DNA of 32,582 nt from an uncultured bacterium. GTDB taxonomy: Bacteria > Zixibacteria > MSB-5A5 > UBA10806. The stretch lies in the NCBI GenBank assembly GCA_965541585.1, contig CBEUCH010000025.1:1-32582 (forward strand), read 5' to 3'. Shown here one piece after another: positions 1 to 9,764 of the stretch (the stretch's first letter is position 1; each line of letters starts with the position of its first letter). The notes beneath the pieces are model-generated. The model was not told the origin of the DNA, ran no database searches, and saw only the letters and a program-made list of their open reading frames with translations. The translations under genes and the position numbers were made by a program.

Positions 1-972
1 CGGTACTGGTGGTTGGCCCGGAATCCAATCCGGACGGGATTGTTTTTGTGCTTGCTGCGGAGGAACCTCATTTCGGCACCATATCCGGGACTATTTTTGG
101 TGAGACCCCGGACGGTGAGCAACGTCTTCATTTTGCCCATGTGATAGCCTACAGAGTCGGTATGGAGGAGCCGGTTGCCGATGCCGGCACCGACGAGTTG
201 GGCAACTATGTACTGGAGCTCCCTCACGGCGAGTACCATGTCCGGGCCGGAGCCGAAGGGTATATACCGGAGTGGTACGACAACGTTTCGCATCGAGAGG
301 GGGCCACGGTACTGGTGGTTGGCCCGGAATCCAATCCGGACGGGATTGTTTTTGTGCTTGCCCCGGAGGAACCCCATTTCGGCACCATATCGGGTACTGT
401 TTTTGGCGAATCCCCGGACGGTGAGCAACGTCTTCACCATGCCTATGTCATCGCCTACAGTGTCGGTATGGAGGAACCGGTTGCCGATGCCGGTACCGAC
501 GAGCTGGGCAACTATGTACTGGAGGTTCCACACGGCGAGTACCATGTCAGGGCCGGAGCCGAAGGGTATATACCGGAGTGGTACGACAACGTTTCGCATC
601 GAGAGGGGGCCACGGTACTGGTGGTTGGCCCGGAATCCAATCCGGACGGGATTGTTTTTGTGCTTGCTGCGGAGGAACCTCATTTCGGCACCATATCCGG
701 GACTATTTTTGGTGAGACCCCGGACGGTGAGCAACGTCTTCATTTTGCCCATGTGATAGCCTACAGAGTCGGTATGGAGGAGCCGGTTGCCGATGCCGGC
801 ACCGACGAGTTGGGCAACTATGTACTGGAGCTCCCTCACGGCGAGTACCATGTCCGGGCCGGAGCCGAAGGATATTTACCGGAATGGTATAACAACGCCC
901 AGCATCGTGAGGAGGCCACAACACTTGTAGTCAACCAGGAATCCAATCCGGACGGGATTGTTTTTGTGCTTG
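1..972 (+). repeat. Intragenic tandem repeat, 306-bp unit, about 3.2 visible copies
   Basis: cggtactggtggttggcccggaatccaatcc recurs at 1, 307 and 613; a diverged partial copy runs to about 972. Confidence 0.95.
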
Positions 973-1256
973 ATCCTCTGAGGAACACGATCGGCCAGAA
1001 CTACCCCAATCCGTTCAATGCCCATACGATTGTGTCATTCAACCTCGCCGATCCCGCGGAGGTTGAATTGACGATTTTCAATATCTTCGGGCAGATGGTC
1101 ACAACACTGGCTGACGGTTTTTGTCAAGCGGGCAGCCACGAGATTATCTGGGATGGGCGAAATACTAACGGAAATCCTGTATCATCTGGAGTCTACTACT
1201 ATCGCTTGAAGATTGGTGAGAACTCCGAAACCAGGAGAATGACTTTATTAAAATAA
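1..1256 (+). CDS. 5'-truncated secreted protein with tandem ~102-aa carboxypeptidase-regulatory-like (beta-sandwich) repeats and a C-terminal FlgD-Ig/T9SS type A sorting-like domain
   Basis: Frame is open from the window edge. Repeats GTISGT..GTDELGNY.L..PHGEYHVRAGAEGYIPEWYDN. C-terminus QNYPNPFNA..IFNIFGQMV..WDGRNTNGNPVSSGVYYYRL..RRMTLLK is the typical FlgD/Por-secretion tail. Confidence 0.85.
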   Translation, partial: VLVVGPESNPDGIVFVLAAEEPHFGTISGTIFGETPDGEQRLHFAHVIAYRVGMEEPVADAGTDELGNYVLELPHGEYHVRAGAEGYIPEWYDNVSHREGATVLVVGPESNPDGIVFVLAPEEPHFGTISGTVFGESPDGEQRLHHAYVIAYSVGMEEPVADAGTDELGNYVLEVPHGEYHVRAGAEGYIPEWYDNVSHREGATVLVVGPESNPDGIVFVLAAEEPHFGTISGTIFGETPDGEQRLHFAHVIAYRVGMEEPVADAGTDELGNYVLELPHGEYHVRAGAEGYLPEWYNNAQHREEATTLVVNQESNPDGIVFVLDPLRNTIGQNYPNPFNAHTIVSFNLADPAEVELTIFNIFGQMVTTLADGFCQAGSHEIIWDGRNTNGNPVSSGVYYYRLKIGENSETRRMTLLK

Positions 1257-1581
1257 GACTGCATTAGGGATATACAGCATAAAATACATTTGCAGATCTT
1301 TTAAGACGCTCTGGCTTCCGCCGGAGGCGATGACATACCAGTCGATAGAGTAATTCTAGGTGGAAGCGGCGCCCGCCAAAAGGATCAGCCCTGCGAGTAT
1401 GATTACCACTCTCATCTGTTATTCTCCCTGTTCAAATTCGATGCTGTTTCGAGGAGATCATTCCTGCAGGTCATCACGGGTTGTCTTATGGACAACCTTC
1501 GTCGACTGCCCCGTCGCAGTCATTATCTACGCCGTCAACTTGGCCTCCGTAATCCGCTTTTCAGGAATCTGGTTTATCTCA

Positions 1582-3675
1582 TCATTTAACATCTGAATAC
1601 TTAACGGCATCTTCATTATCACCGACGTTGTGATGCGTAGCATTTATGGTACGAATCAGACCTTTCAATTCAGAAAGTTCTGATTTCAGAGCGTCTATTT
1701 CGGTATCCTGTTTCTGAGTAATTCTATAGAGGGATTTGATGGCCGCTAAGGCTACTCCGTCAGCGTCAATCGCTGTGATAAATCTATTATCCTCACCCAC
1801 GCCGAAAGCCGCATAGAAATCCTGCGCCATCGGACCGATATGTTCTATATCAGGATCCTGTGTCTTATAGCTCCATCGGCTGATGCTCAAACGATCTAGT
1901 TTTTCAAGAATTTTCTTTCCGTCAACAGGGCGGATGTTACGCTTAACGTTTATGTCGGAAACGCTCGCCCATGACCCGCCTCCGGCGGCTAATGTAACTC
2001 CTGTACTCAGGTTGCTACTTGAGTAAATCCTTGCTCCGCCAGCAGACCGTACGCTGAATTGATTATTGGCTGATGAATTGAAGTTCGATGTATTGCTGTT
2101 ATCCGATAATACTATTGACCCTACATGCTGCGCGTTTGCCCTAAAACCGGCCGCAAGCGAAAAATCGCCGGTTGCCTGATTGAACTGGCCTCCGGGGATC
2201 GTCGCGAAAGCACCACTGGCAACGTTGCTATGCCCTCCTCCAATTGTCGCATAATATCCTGACGCGTTATTTTGGTAACCGCCGGCGATTGTTGCAGCGA
2301 TTTGACTCGCGTCATTACTATATCCACCTCCTATTGTCGCTACCTGCCCGGACGCTTCGTTAAGTTGTCCTCCGCTTACTGTAGATGCCTCTCCTGTAGC
2401 GATGGTTCGATTCCCCCCGCCTACGGAGGAATAATTCCCGTTCGCCGCATTAGAATCAGCCGTAAGGGAGCCGCCGCCCCCTGCTACCACGGAATACAGT
2501 CCGCGAGCGCGATTATTCTTGCCACCGGCTATAGCGGAGTATTGCCCTTCGGCGATATTTATTTCGCCTCCGCCAACGGAGGCCTTGTCTCCCGTCGCAA
2601 AATTTGTTAGCCCACCTCCGATCGCTGAAAACGGCGCTGTAGCATTATTGGAATTGCCACCGCTTATCACAGCGTTAGCTCCACTGGCAGTATTGGACGT
2701 ACCGCCGCCGACGGCAGCGAAATTTGCGTTGGCAGAGTTTCCCTGACCTGCGACAAATGCCGCGGTTCCGGAGTTGCTGTTTGCGGAGCCGATTCTCGCC
2801 TTCCCGCCAACCACTATATCTCCGTTTACGTCCAATTTTTCCGATGGGGATGTTGTCCCGATGCCCACGTTCCCTGAAACTCCCGAGTACATGTCAATCC
2901 CAGAAATAATCCAATCGGAATCACCGCCTGATCCGGTTTCATCATTACTCACAGTCCATCCAATGCCATCCCACTTCATTACCTGTCCTTCTGAGGCGCC
3001 GTTCTGGTTTACATCCTCAAATAGAATCGTACCGTTCTGTATTTCAGAGCTGGTTATTGTCGGAGGATTATTCTCATCTGTAATCGGAACCCACTGTCCG
3101 GCATGGGCGTAATATGCTCTGCCCTCGCCGTGAACGTGAGCGAACATACCGTGATAAGTAGATGCAGAAGGTAGATCGCCGAGAGTAGAATAAAAGAATC
3201 TTACTTTACTCTCCACCCCTGTTACGTCGATGGCACCATCAACCGCGAGATCGCCTCCAATCGTGCCTCCTGAAGCCCCGTCAACAGTCGATATACGCTG
3301 GGCGAAAGCAGCAGAGGCTATTCTGGCGCGCGGCGTTAGCTCTGCATCCTCTTCCACCTGCACGCCCAGCCATAAGTTTGGATTTTCAAAAACTATGTCG
3401 TCCAAAGGATTTGGAATATCGTCACCGAGCAAAATAGTGAATAACCCCTCTTGATCGGGCGTTACCGGATATGTATCCTCCCAGATAAGCGTCCCCCCCG
3501 ACTCAGCATCCCAGATCCTAAATGTTACGTCCACGGCAGATATAACCGGATTACCGTCGGAATCAGTCAGCTTACCCTGAAAGCTGATTATCCCGGGGGC
3601 GCCGGCAACAACAACAGAAATCATTGTAGCCACAGCGACTATAATAGTGCCTGTCTTATATGCTATCCTTCTCAA
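1582..3675 (-). CDS. Secreted tail-fibre-like protein with YadA-head-like 14-aa repeats and a C-terminal peptidase S74 intramolecular chaperone
   Basis: Signal peptide, then ISFQGKLTDSDGNP N-domain; GNVGIGTTSPSEKLDVNG motif; many A.G..A.I.GG..N repeats; WASVSDINVKRNI..W.YK..HIGPMAQDF S74 signature followed by a coiled coil. Confidence 0.85.
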   Translation of the reverse strand: MRRIAYKTGTIIVAVATMISVVVAGAPGIISFQGKLTDSDGNPVISAVDVTFRIWDAESGGTLIWEDTYPVTPDQEGLFTILLGDDIPNPLDDIVFENPNLWLGVQVEEDAELTPRARIASAAFAQRISTVDGASGGTIGGDLAVDGAIDVTGVESKVRFFYSTLGDLPSASTYHGMFAHVHGEGRAYYAHAGQWVPITDENNPPTITSSEIQNGTILFEDVNQNGASEGQVMKWDGIGWTVSNDETGSGGDSDWIISGIDMYSGVSGNVGIGTTSPSEKLDVNGDIVVGGKARIGSANSNSGTAAFVAGQGNSANANFAAVGGGTSNTASGANAVISGGNSNNATAPFSAIGGGLTNFATGDKASVGGGEINIAEGQYSAIAGGKNNRARGLYSVVAGGGGSLTADSNAANGNYSSVGGGNRTIATGEASTVSGGQLNEASGQVATIGGGYSNDASQIAATIAGGYQNNASGYYATIGGGHSNVASGAFATIPGGQFNQATGDFSLAAGFRANAQHVGSIVLSDNSNTSNFNSSANNQFSVRSAGGARIYSSSNLSTGVTLAAGGGSWASVSDINVKRNIRPVDGKKILEKLDRLSISRWSYKTQDPDIEHIGPMAQDFYAAFGVGEDNRFITAIDADGVALAAIKSLYRITQKQDTEIDALKSELSELKGLIRTINATHHNVGDNEDAVKYSDVK

Positions 3676-3778
3676 GATTGCCTCCTACGTATCGAGTTAG
3701 TTAAATAACGTCATTAATCAAAAACGTATACCATTAATTTATTATCTTAATACTTAAGCCATCGGTATTCTCCATAGC

Positions 3779-6634
3779 CTACCTGCCTGCAACATACATT
3801 TTATCACGTATGACTTCATGGTTTTCAAATCCTAGTCGAAGGCCGTTTATCATGTAGTCGAAAACGATGTCATCATCGTTGGGATTCAATGCTTTAACAA
3901 TTAGCTTCTCGGGGGTAACACTCTCAACATATAGCATGGATTGAACGGGACCCCGGGGAGTAATCTGGGCTGTCAGGCCTTCCTCGCTTGTAACGAGCGA
4001 AAAATGTTCGGGGAGATCAATTTCGGCAGAGCCATTTCCCAACCTTGCGGAACCTCTTACATAAGTACCGGCTTCGCCCCCTTCGAGAGAAATGTAGAAT
4101 ATCTCTTTGTCGGTATCAGTGGGGTGATCCTGGACGAAGAGCTTTGCTCCGGTAGCTGTTATATCTCCGTTCACGTGAAGAGTGCCGGGACCCGGGCCCC
4201 CGACACCCACTGTCAGATCGGAATTAACTGTTACAGGATTGTTGCATGTCAAGGTACCGTTAACCGTAGTAGGGCAATCAAGAGTGGCTGTGGAGGTAGC
4301 ATCGCAGCTTAGCGATGATCCGCTTAAAGCAAGTGAGCCGCCGCCGGTAACTGTCAGGCTCGCGGCGTCAATGTTAGTGCTGGATCTTATCGAAACCGAA
4401 CCGCCTGTACCGATATAAACCGAACCGAAATCGTTATCACTGCAGGTCAAGCTTGCGCCGCCATTTAACGTTAAAGACCCGCTACAGGTGGTCGATCCGG
4501 CAAGTTCAGCAGATCCGTCGCATCTCAAAGTGGTACCCGAAGCCAAAGTCACCCTGGGGCTGGGTGAGGCGTCAAGAGTCACATCATCGGTAGCGTCATC
4601 GTTCATATCATATGTAGCGCTGCCGCTACAGCTCGTACCGCCGGAAGACGTAAATCCGCCATAACACGTAAATCCGCCGGAAACACTGACCGTACTTCCG
4701 TATGTCGCGGACCCGGAAACGTCACAGGTAGTTAATGATGCAGGACCGTCGCAGACTAATGATGTGCCACTGGAAAGGACCAGGCGATTACTCGGACTTG
4801 ACGTATATCTTACATCGGAAGAACCATCGTCATCGAGATCGTAGGTGACAAGATCCGAGGAACTAATATCGATACTTACCGCATCGTTGGTAGAAGGCCG
4901 CGTAAAAGTCAGGCTGGTGGGATTGGCCCTGAACTCATCCGCCAGGGAGCCTGTCAATTGAATTCCGTCGGCATTGTAAACGGCATCGGTTCCGGAAGCT
5001 CCCAAAACTAATGTCAGACCGTCCGTTCGATGCAGCCGGGCTTGATCGCCGGTGGTAAGGTTATCTAAAGTCAGGTCATCGACAGTGCATCGCGCTATCT
5101 CGTTGCCAGCATTCCTGATCAACTCCAGATCTTCCGCGGTTAACTCTCCCAAAAAGTTGCCAACTCCGCTTATCTGAACTCCATCAGCTCTTACTCTTGC
5201 TATCTCCAGGGTAGAACCGTCAACGACCAAAACACCGTCGGTCCGATGCACCCTGACCTGGTCTCCAGTGTCTAAATCATCTAACGTCAGCTCATCGACA
5301 GTACATCGCGCTATCTCGTTACCGGCACTGCTGATCAGTTCCAGATCCTCCGCCGTCAATTCCCCAAGAGTATTACCCACGCCGCTTATCTGAACTCCAT
5401 CGGATCTTACCCTTGCTATCTCCAAGGTAGAACCGTCAACGACCAAAACACCGTCGGTCCGATGTACCCTGACCTGGTCTCCGGTGCTTAAATCGTCTAA
5501 GGTCAGATCATCGACAGTACATCGCGCCGTCTGATCCCCGCCGGAGTCAACCGTCAAACTTATTACTTCTACGCCGTTCAATGCGGCCGCCCTTAATATT
5601 CTCGATTCCCCATTAAGGACCACCAGTTCATCGCGCAATGTTACAGGGGCGGATATATCCACAACGTCTCCGGCGTTTACCGTAAGAGGGCCCGCGCCTG
5701 TCAGTTCAAGCGATACAATTTCAACGTCGACCGCCTGCAGGCCGTCACGGAGAATCACCGGGCCATCCACGTCAAGTTTGGCGGCAGGAGTCGATGTGCC
5801 TATACCTACATTATCCAAGTTATCCGATAATCTCACGACTGAACCGTCATCCACCCATCCGCCTCCGGATCCTCCGGCAGCTGTCGTTTGCAGTGTTCCG
5901 TCCGGAAACCTGATTCCATCGACACCGGGCGTTCCGGCGACGTGAAGTTTGGCGGATGGAGTATCGGTGTTGATTCCAACGTTGCCGTCGTCATCCACCG
6001 CGATCGCAAGATTGCCGTGAGCGTTCAAATTGAGCTTACCGTCAATGTCTATGATAACCATAGCGAAAAGAGGTTTGATCGTTAAACCGGCCTGAATTTC
6101 AGGTGGGGTTTCCAACTGAATCCAGGGAAAATCCTCGGTATCTACAAATACTTCAAACTTGGCGTCAGGGTTGTCGATTCCGATGCCGACTTTGCCGTTG
6201 ATGGCAAGATCGCCTTCGAGCGTCCCTCCTGAAGCCCCGTCTACGGTATTTACCCTCAATGAATAAGGTACAGACACCAGTCGGGCGCCGGGCGTAAGAG
6301 GCGGATCGGTCTCAATTGTAATTCCCAGATATAATTCTTCGACCTCGAACATAGAATCGGGGAGCGGCGTTATCGATCCTAAAAGGACATTCAACTTACC
6401 TTCAGTCACGACTAAGCTAATATGATCCTCGGTCCATAACCAACCGCTCGATCCGTCCGGCGTGCTCCATCCGGCAAACGTAATATCGAAATTACCGTCA
6501 AGTGGTGTACCTTCGGAATCGAATAACATTCCCTGGAAGTTGATTAATCTGGGTACGTTTTCGGAAAATGACATCGAAAACGTCATGGCTAGAATAATCC
6601 CCGCTGCAATCAAAGTGAATCGCTTCGTACTCAT
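3779..6634 (-). CDS. Secreted tail-fibre-like protein with 72-aa internal repeats and a non-S74 C-terminal module
   Basis: Signal peptide, INFQGMLFDSEGTP N-domain, VGIGT..P.AKL motifs; C-terminus AKLFVQDHPTDTDKEIFYISLEGGEAGTYVRG. Confidence 0.8.
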   Translation of the reverse strand: MSTKRFTLIAAGIILAMTFSMSFSENVPRLINFQGMLFDSEGTPLDGNFDITFAGWSTPDGSSGWLWTEDHISLVVTEGKLNVLLGSITPLPDSMFEVEELYLGITIETDPPLTPGARLVSVPYSLRVNTVDGASGGTLEGDLAINGKVGIGIDNPDAKFEVFVDTEDFPWIQLETPPEIQAGLTIKPLFAMVIIDIDGKLNLNAHGNLAIAVDDDGNVGINTDTPSAKLHVAGTPGVDGIRFPDGTLQTTAAGGSGGGWVDDGSVVRLSDNLDNVGIGTSTPAAKLDVDGPVILRDGLQAVDVEIVSLELTGAGPLTVNAGDVVDISAPVTLRDELVVLNGESRILRAAALNGVEVISLTVDSGGDQTARCTVDDLTLDDLSTGDQVRVHRTDGVLVVDGSTLEIARVRSDGVQISGVGNTLGELTAEDLELISSAGNEIARCTVDELTLDDLDTGDQVRVHRTDGVLVVDGSTLEIARVRADGVQISGVGNFLGELTAEDLELIRNAGNEIARCTVDDLTLDNLTTGDQARLHRTDGLTLVLGASGTDAVYNADGIQLTGSLADEFRANPTSLTFTRPSTNDAVSIDISSSDLVTYDLDDDGSSDVRYTSSPSNRLVLSSGTSLVCDGPASLTTCDVSGSATYGSTVSVSGGFTCYGGFTSSGGTSCSGSATYDMNDDATDDVTLDASPSPRVTLASGTTLRCDGSAELAGSTTCSGSLTLNGGASLTCSDNDFGSVYIGTGGSVSIRSSTNIDAASLTVTGGGSLALSGSSLSCDATSTATLDCPTTVNGTLTCNNPVTVNSDLTVGVGGPGPGTLHVNGDITATGAKLFVQDHPTDTDKEIFYISLEGGEAGTYVRGSARLGNGSAEIDLPEHFSLVTSEEGLTAQITPRGPVQSMLYVESVTPEKLIVKALNPNDDDIVFDYMINGLRLGFENHEVIRDKMYVAGR
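5017..5527 (-). repeat. Intragenic tandem repeat, 216-bp (72-aa) unit, about 2.4 copies
   Basis: ARCTVDDLTLDDL.TGDQ.RVHRTDG occurs three times; cgcgctatctcgtt at 5091 and 5307. Confidence 0.9.
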
Positions 6635-6697
6635 GCGATATCTCCTTCATGTTGTGTCCTGCGGCATTTAACTAAACTGCGGACACGATGGATGTTT

Positions 6698-9238
6698 CTA
6701 TCGAGCCCTTGCCTCTGTCCAAACGGCTTTCTTTGTATTGTCTTCCGAGGATGCCAGGGAGCGAACAAGATCCCTAAGTTCCCGGATTTCAGCTCTGAGT
6801 TGATTATTCTCCTCGATTTTTTGTTCCAGGCGATCGATTTTTTCCTGCTGCTTTTTTATAGCCTCAACTAACAGAGGAGTTATTTTCGCGTAGTCGACAG
6901 AGTAATAACCATCTTTCCCCTTTGAAACGACTTCGGGTAAGACCTCTCTTATATCCTGTGCGACGAACCCAACCTGCCTTTTCTCAGCAAACTGTCGATC
7001 AGGGAATTCATCAACCCGCCAGTCGAATTGCACGCCGTTAAGCTTTCTAATCTTCTCAACGGGGTCGGGTATCGGTGTGACGTTCTTTTTGAATCGCCTA
7101 TCCGAGCATGATAAATATCCTGCAGCGCATACATCGCCATCGACGTATAGTCTATACCCGGGGCTTAAAGCACCAACACCAAGCATCGCCCCCGGATCAA
7201 GGGCTAAGGCCCCGCCGCCACGGGATGAGAGTTCTCCCAGAGGCGATACGCTGAAGGTTGTTCCAGTGGGATCGGAAAATTGTAGACCATTGTAATTATA
7301 ATCGAATTCATAAGGCGCACTGTATACTCGGTAACCCTCGGAGGTCGATTCTGTGGAATCGCCTGGCTGCGCCGCATTTGATCTGGTCGTTCTTATAAGC
7401 CGATCGATGCTGTCGTAGGCGTAGGTGCATGTCCAATCATCGTCGAAAATAGCGTCATCCGGTCTGAATGCTAACCGCGGCTCGGCCGATCGCAGGCTCA
7501 AAGCTACTATTTCCGTTTGAATCTGGCCTAAGGGTTCGGTCCATAAGGCGATTCTACCGCCACCACCACCACCCGAGCTAATACTCACACCGTCTAAACC
7601 ACTGGAACCTATATTCGAAACGGTCAGGGTGGATGAACTCGAACCGACATCTATCGATACACCATCCTCACCACTGGAACCGATATTGGAAACCTTTAAT
7701 AGCGCACCGCTTTCGGAAACGCTTCTTGAGATCCTGTAATCGACATCGAAGAACGAATCGACTACGAAATCGCCGTTACTGCCGTAGCGAGCCGTGGTAA
7801 AGGGTATTCCGTCGCTTCCGGTTCGAGTGAAAAGGACCTCAGTGGCATCGGCATCCATCCTGTAAGTGATATCGAAAAATGAATCAACCACAAAAGTTCC
7901 GCCGCCAGAAGCGTCAGCTTTTAGCCCGCTGGAAAAAGAATCGGTCCCATCGTCGAATGAACATATGGCCTCCGCTAATGAAACGGTAGCTTTGTCACGC
8001 TTTCTTACTGTTGTAGCGGCGTCTGAAACCTCCAGGGAGGAAAGAGCGCCCTGGTCGGACACGCTTCTTGATATCCTGTAATCTACATCGAAGAACGAAT
8101 CAACGACGAAATCACCGCTCTTTCCGTAACTTGCTGTCGTATCCGGTTGACCGTCGGAACCTTCACGGGAAAAGGTCATCTCGCTCGTATTCTGATCGCA
8201 CCTGTAGGTAATATCGAAAAATGAATCGACCACAAAAGTTCCGCCGCCGTTGTTGTCCGCGCGTAAACCAACAGAGGAACTGTCAGGATCGTCGGGGCCC
8301 GCGGCTCCGATATTTCGGATTATGGCCAGAGCGGTATCATGGGCTTTGAGATCCAAAGTTGATCCGTTGCTGTCGACATCTATGCTGACTCCGTCCTCCC
8401 CGCTGGAACCGATGTTCGATACGGTCAAATGTCCGCCGGAAGCATCGGCCGATGAGTTCACCGCGGAAAGCGCTCCAATATCCTCATGCTCGATACCGCA
8501 TGTGGCGGCGCCATCATCGACACCAATAGAAACACCATCCTCCCCGCTTGAACCTATGTTGGAAACAATCAGGTTCGATGAATTCGAACCGACATCTATT
8601 GATACACCATCCTCTCCGCTGGAGCCTAAGTTGGAAACACGCAGGTTAGCCCCTGTTTCGGTAGCGTCCAAATCAACCCTGTAAGAGATATCGAAAAACG
8701 AATCGACCATATACAGACTCGAACTGCTACCGTTGGCGTTTAATACAATACCGGGATTATCCGGGCTGGTACTTCTGAGCGAAAGCTCCACAATTTCGGT
8801 TTCTATTTTAAGCTGGCCCGGCTCCGTTTTGATGTTGTCACCGTCGACTCTCTCGGCGATCCTCGAATACGGGACGCTATTGAGCTGAAAACGGGGCGTC
8901 ATGGGAGAATCACCGGCAACCTGTGTTTGAAGATAGACGGTCAGGTTATCGCTTGATAATTCGTCAATGGGTATAGGGGTAACACTGCCCAGGGCGACGT
9001 TGAACATTCCGTCCGTGACCTGAACATCCTGAGTCTCAGACCATAACTCCGTTCCCACGTCAGGATCATCCCAGAGGCTGAACGTGATAGAATAGCTGTC
9101 ATCCGGCGGCATTCCGCCGTCAATCATCATCAGGCGCCCCTGGTGGCCTATGAATAATGGTACGTCGGCTGTAGCCAGCGGGGTCAGAGCGGCCACCGCG
9201 AAAAGTACGGTAACCAGTGATAACATTCTGGCGTTCAT
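6698..9238 (-). CDS. Secreted mosaic-repeat protein with a C-terminal peptidase S74 chaperone
   Basis: Signal peptide, IGHQGRL N-domain; 5x VDSFFD[IV]xYR and 5x VSN[IL]GSSG[EL]DGVSI motifs; SCSDRRFKKNV..GFVAQDI..PEVV..VDYAKITPLLVEAIK S74 domain; AGGAG RBS. Confidence 0.85.
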   Translation of the reverse strand: MNARMLSLVTVLFAVAALTPLATADVPLFIGHQGRLMMIDGGMPPDDSYSITFSLWDDPDVGTELWSETQDVQVTDGMFNVALGSVTPIPIDELSSDNLTVYLQTQVAGDSPMTPRFQLNSVPYSRIAERVDGDNIKTEPGQLKIETEIVELSLRSTSPDNPGIVLNANGSSSSLYMVDSFFDISYRVDLDATETGANLRVSNLGSSGEDGVSIDVGSNSSNLIVSNIGSSGEDGVSIGVDDGAATCGIEHEDIGALSAVNSSADASGGHLTVSNIGSSGEDGVSIDVDSNGSTLDLKAHDTALAIIRNIGAAGPDDPDSSSVGLRADNNGGGTFVVDSFFDITYRCDQNTSEMTFSREGSDGQPDTTASYGKSGDFVVDSFFDVDYRISRSVSDQGALSSLEVSDAATTVRKRDKATVSLAEAICSFDDGTDSFSSGLKADASGGGTFVVDSFFDITYRMDADATEVLFTRTGSDGIPFTTARYGSNGDFVVDSFFDVDYRISRSVSESGALLKVSNIGSSGEDGVSIDVGSSSSTLTVSNIGSSGLDGVSISSGGGGGGRIALWTEPLGQIQTEIVALSLRSAEPRLAFRPDDAIFDDDWTCTYAYDSIDRLIRTTRSNAAQPGDSTESTSEGYRVYSAPYEFDYNYNGLQFSDPTGTTFSVSPLGELSSRGGGALALDPGAMLGVGALSPGYRLYVDGDVCAAGYLSCSDRRFKKNVTPIPDPVEKIRKLNGVQFDWRVDEFPDRQFAEKRQVGFVAQDIREVLPEVVSKGKDGYYSVDYAKITPLLVEAIKKQQEKIDRLEQKIEENNQLRAEIRELRDLVRSLASSEDNTKKAVWTEARAR

Positions 9239-9410
9239 GTTGGTTCTCCTTTTGTTGGGTTCTGAGTAATTTTTAATGAGTTCAAAATCAGTTTCGCAGA
9301 CAATTTCAGAAAAAACATTAGCGCCACGAGCCTGAGCCGGGCGCTTACATCTTCTTCAGTTTTCGAATTCTATCGCTTCAACACCTACCGATTTCTTTAG
9401 AAGCGCCTTT

Positions 9411-9440
9411 AATATAGACTCTATAGGTCAATTATGTCAA
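9411..9440 (-). promoter_or_regulatory. Putative sigma70 promoter for the three-gene tail-fibre-like cluster
   Basis: Minus strand TTGACA-N18-TATATT about 170 bp upstream of the 9238 start. Confidence 0.5.
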
Positions 9441-9764
9441 GTTAAAACTGGTAATAATAGTCATTAGTGACCACCTTTAGACGGCAGATGATCATCGTCG
9501 CCACGAAGACGTGATCATAAGCCATCTATAAGAATATGAAATCTTAACCAAGCCGGCTGAGGCGATCCGGGCCGGCATCCCTTTATCAGACTGGTTCTTT
9601 GGTTAATGTGTTTCCGGAAAGAGAATGGAGCCTGGCTGTGTCGGAAGCCATCCATCCACAAAGAAACTTGACTTTCTCTCTGGCTGGGCTAACTTATACT
9701 ATGGCAAAACTATTAAGGGCTGTTCAAACCCGGATTTCATTTTTTAGATAAAGGGGAGTGTTAA

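Noticed and set aside
1479..1521. Two adjacent hairpins (GGTTGTC/GACAACC and GACTGC/GCAGTC) as an ncRNA
   Set aside because: Short stems between convergent genes are adequately explained as terminator or stability elements.
1582..9238. Prophage tail module
   Set aside because: The proteins have Sec-type signal peptides and no phage head, packaging, lysis or integration genes are present.
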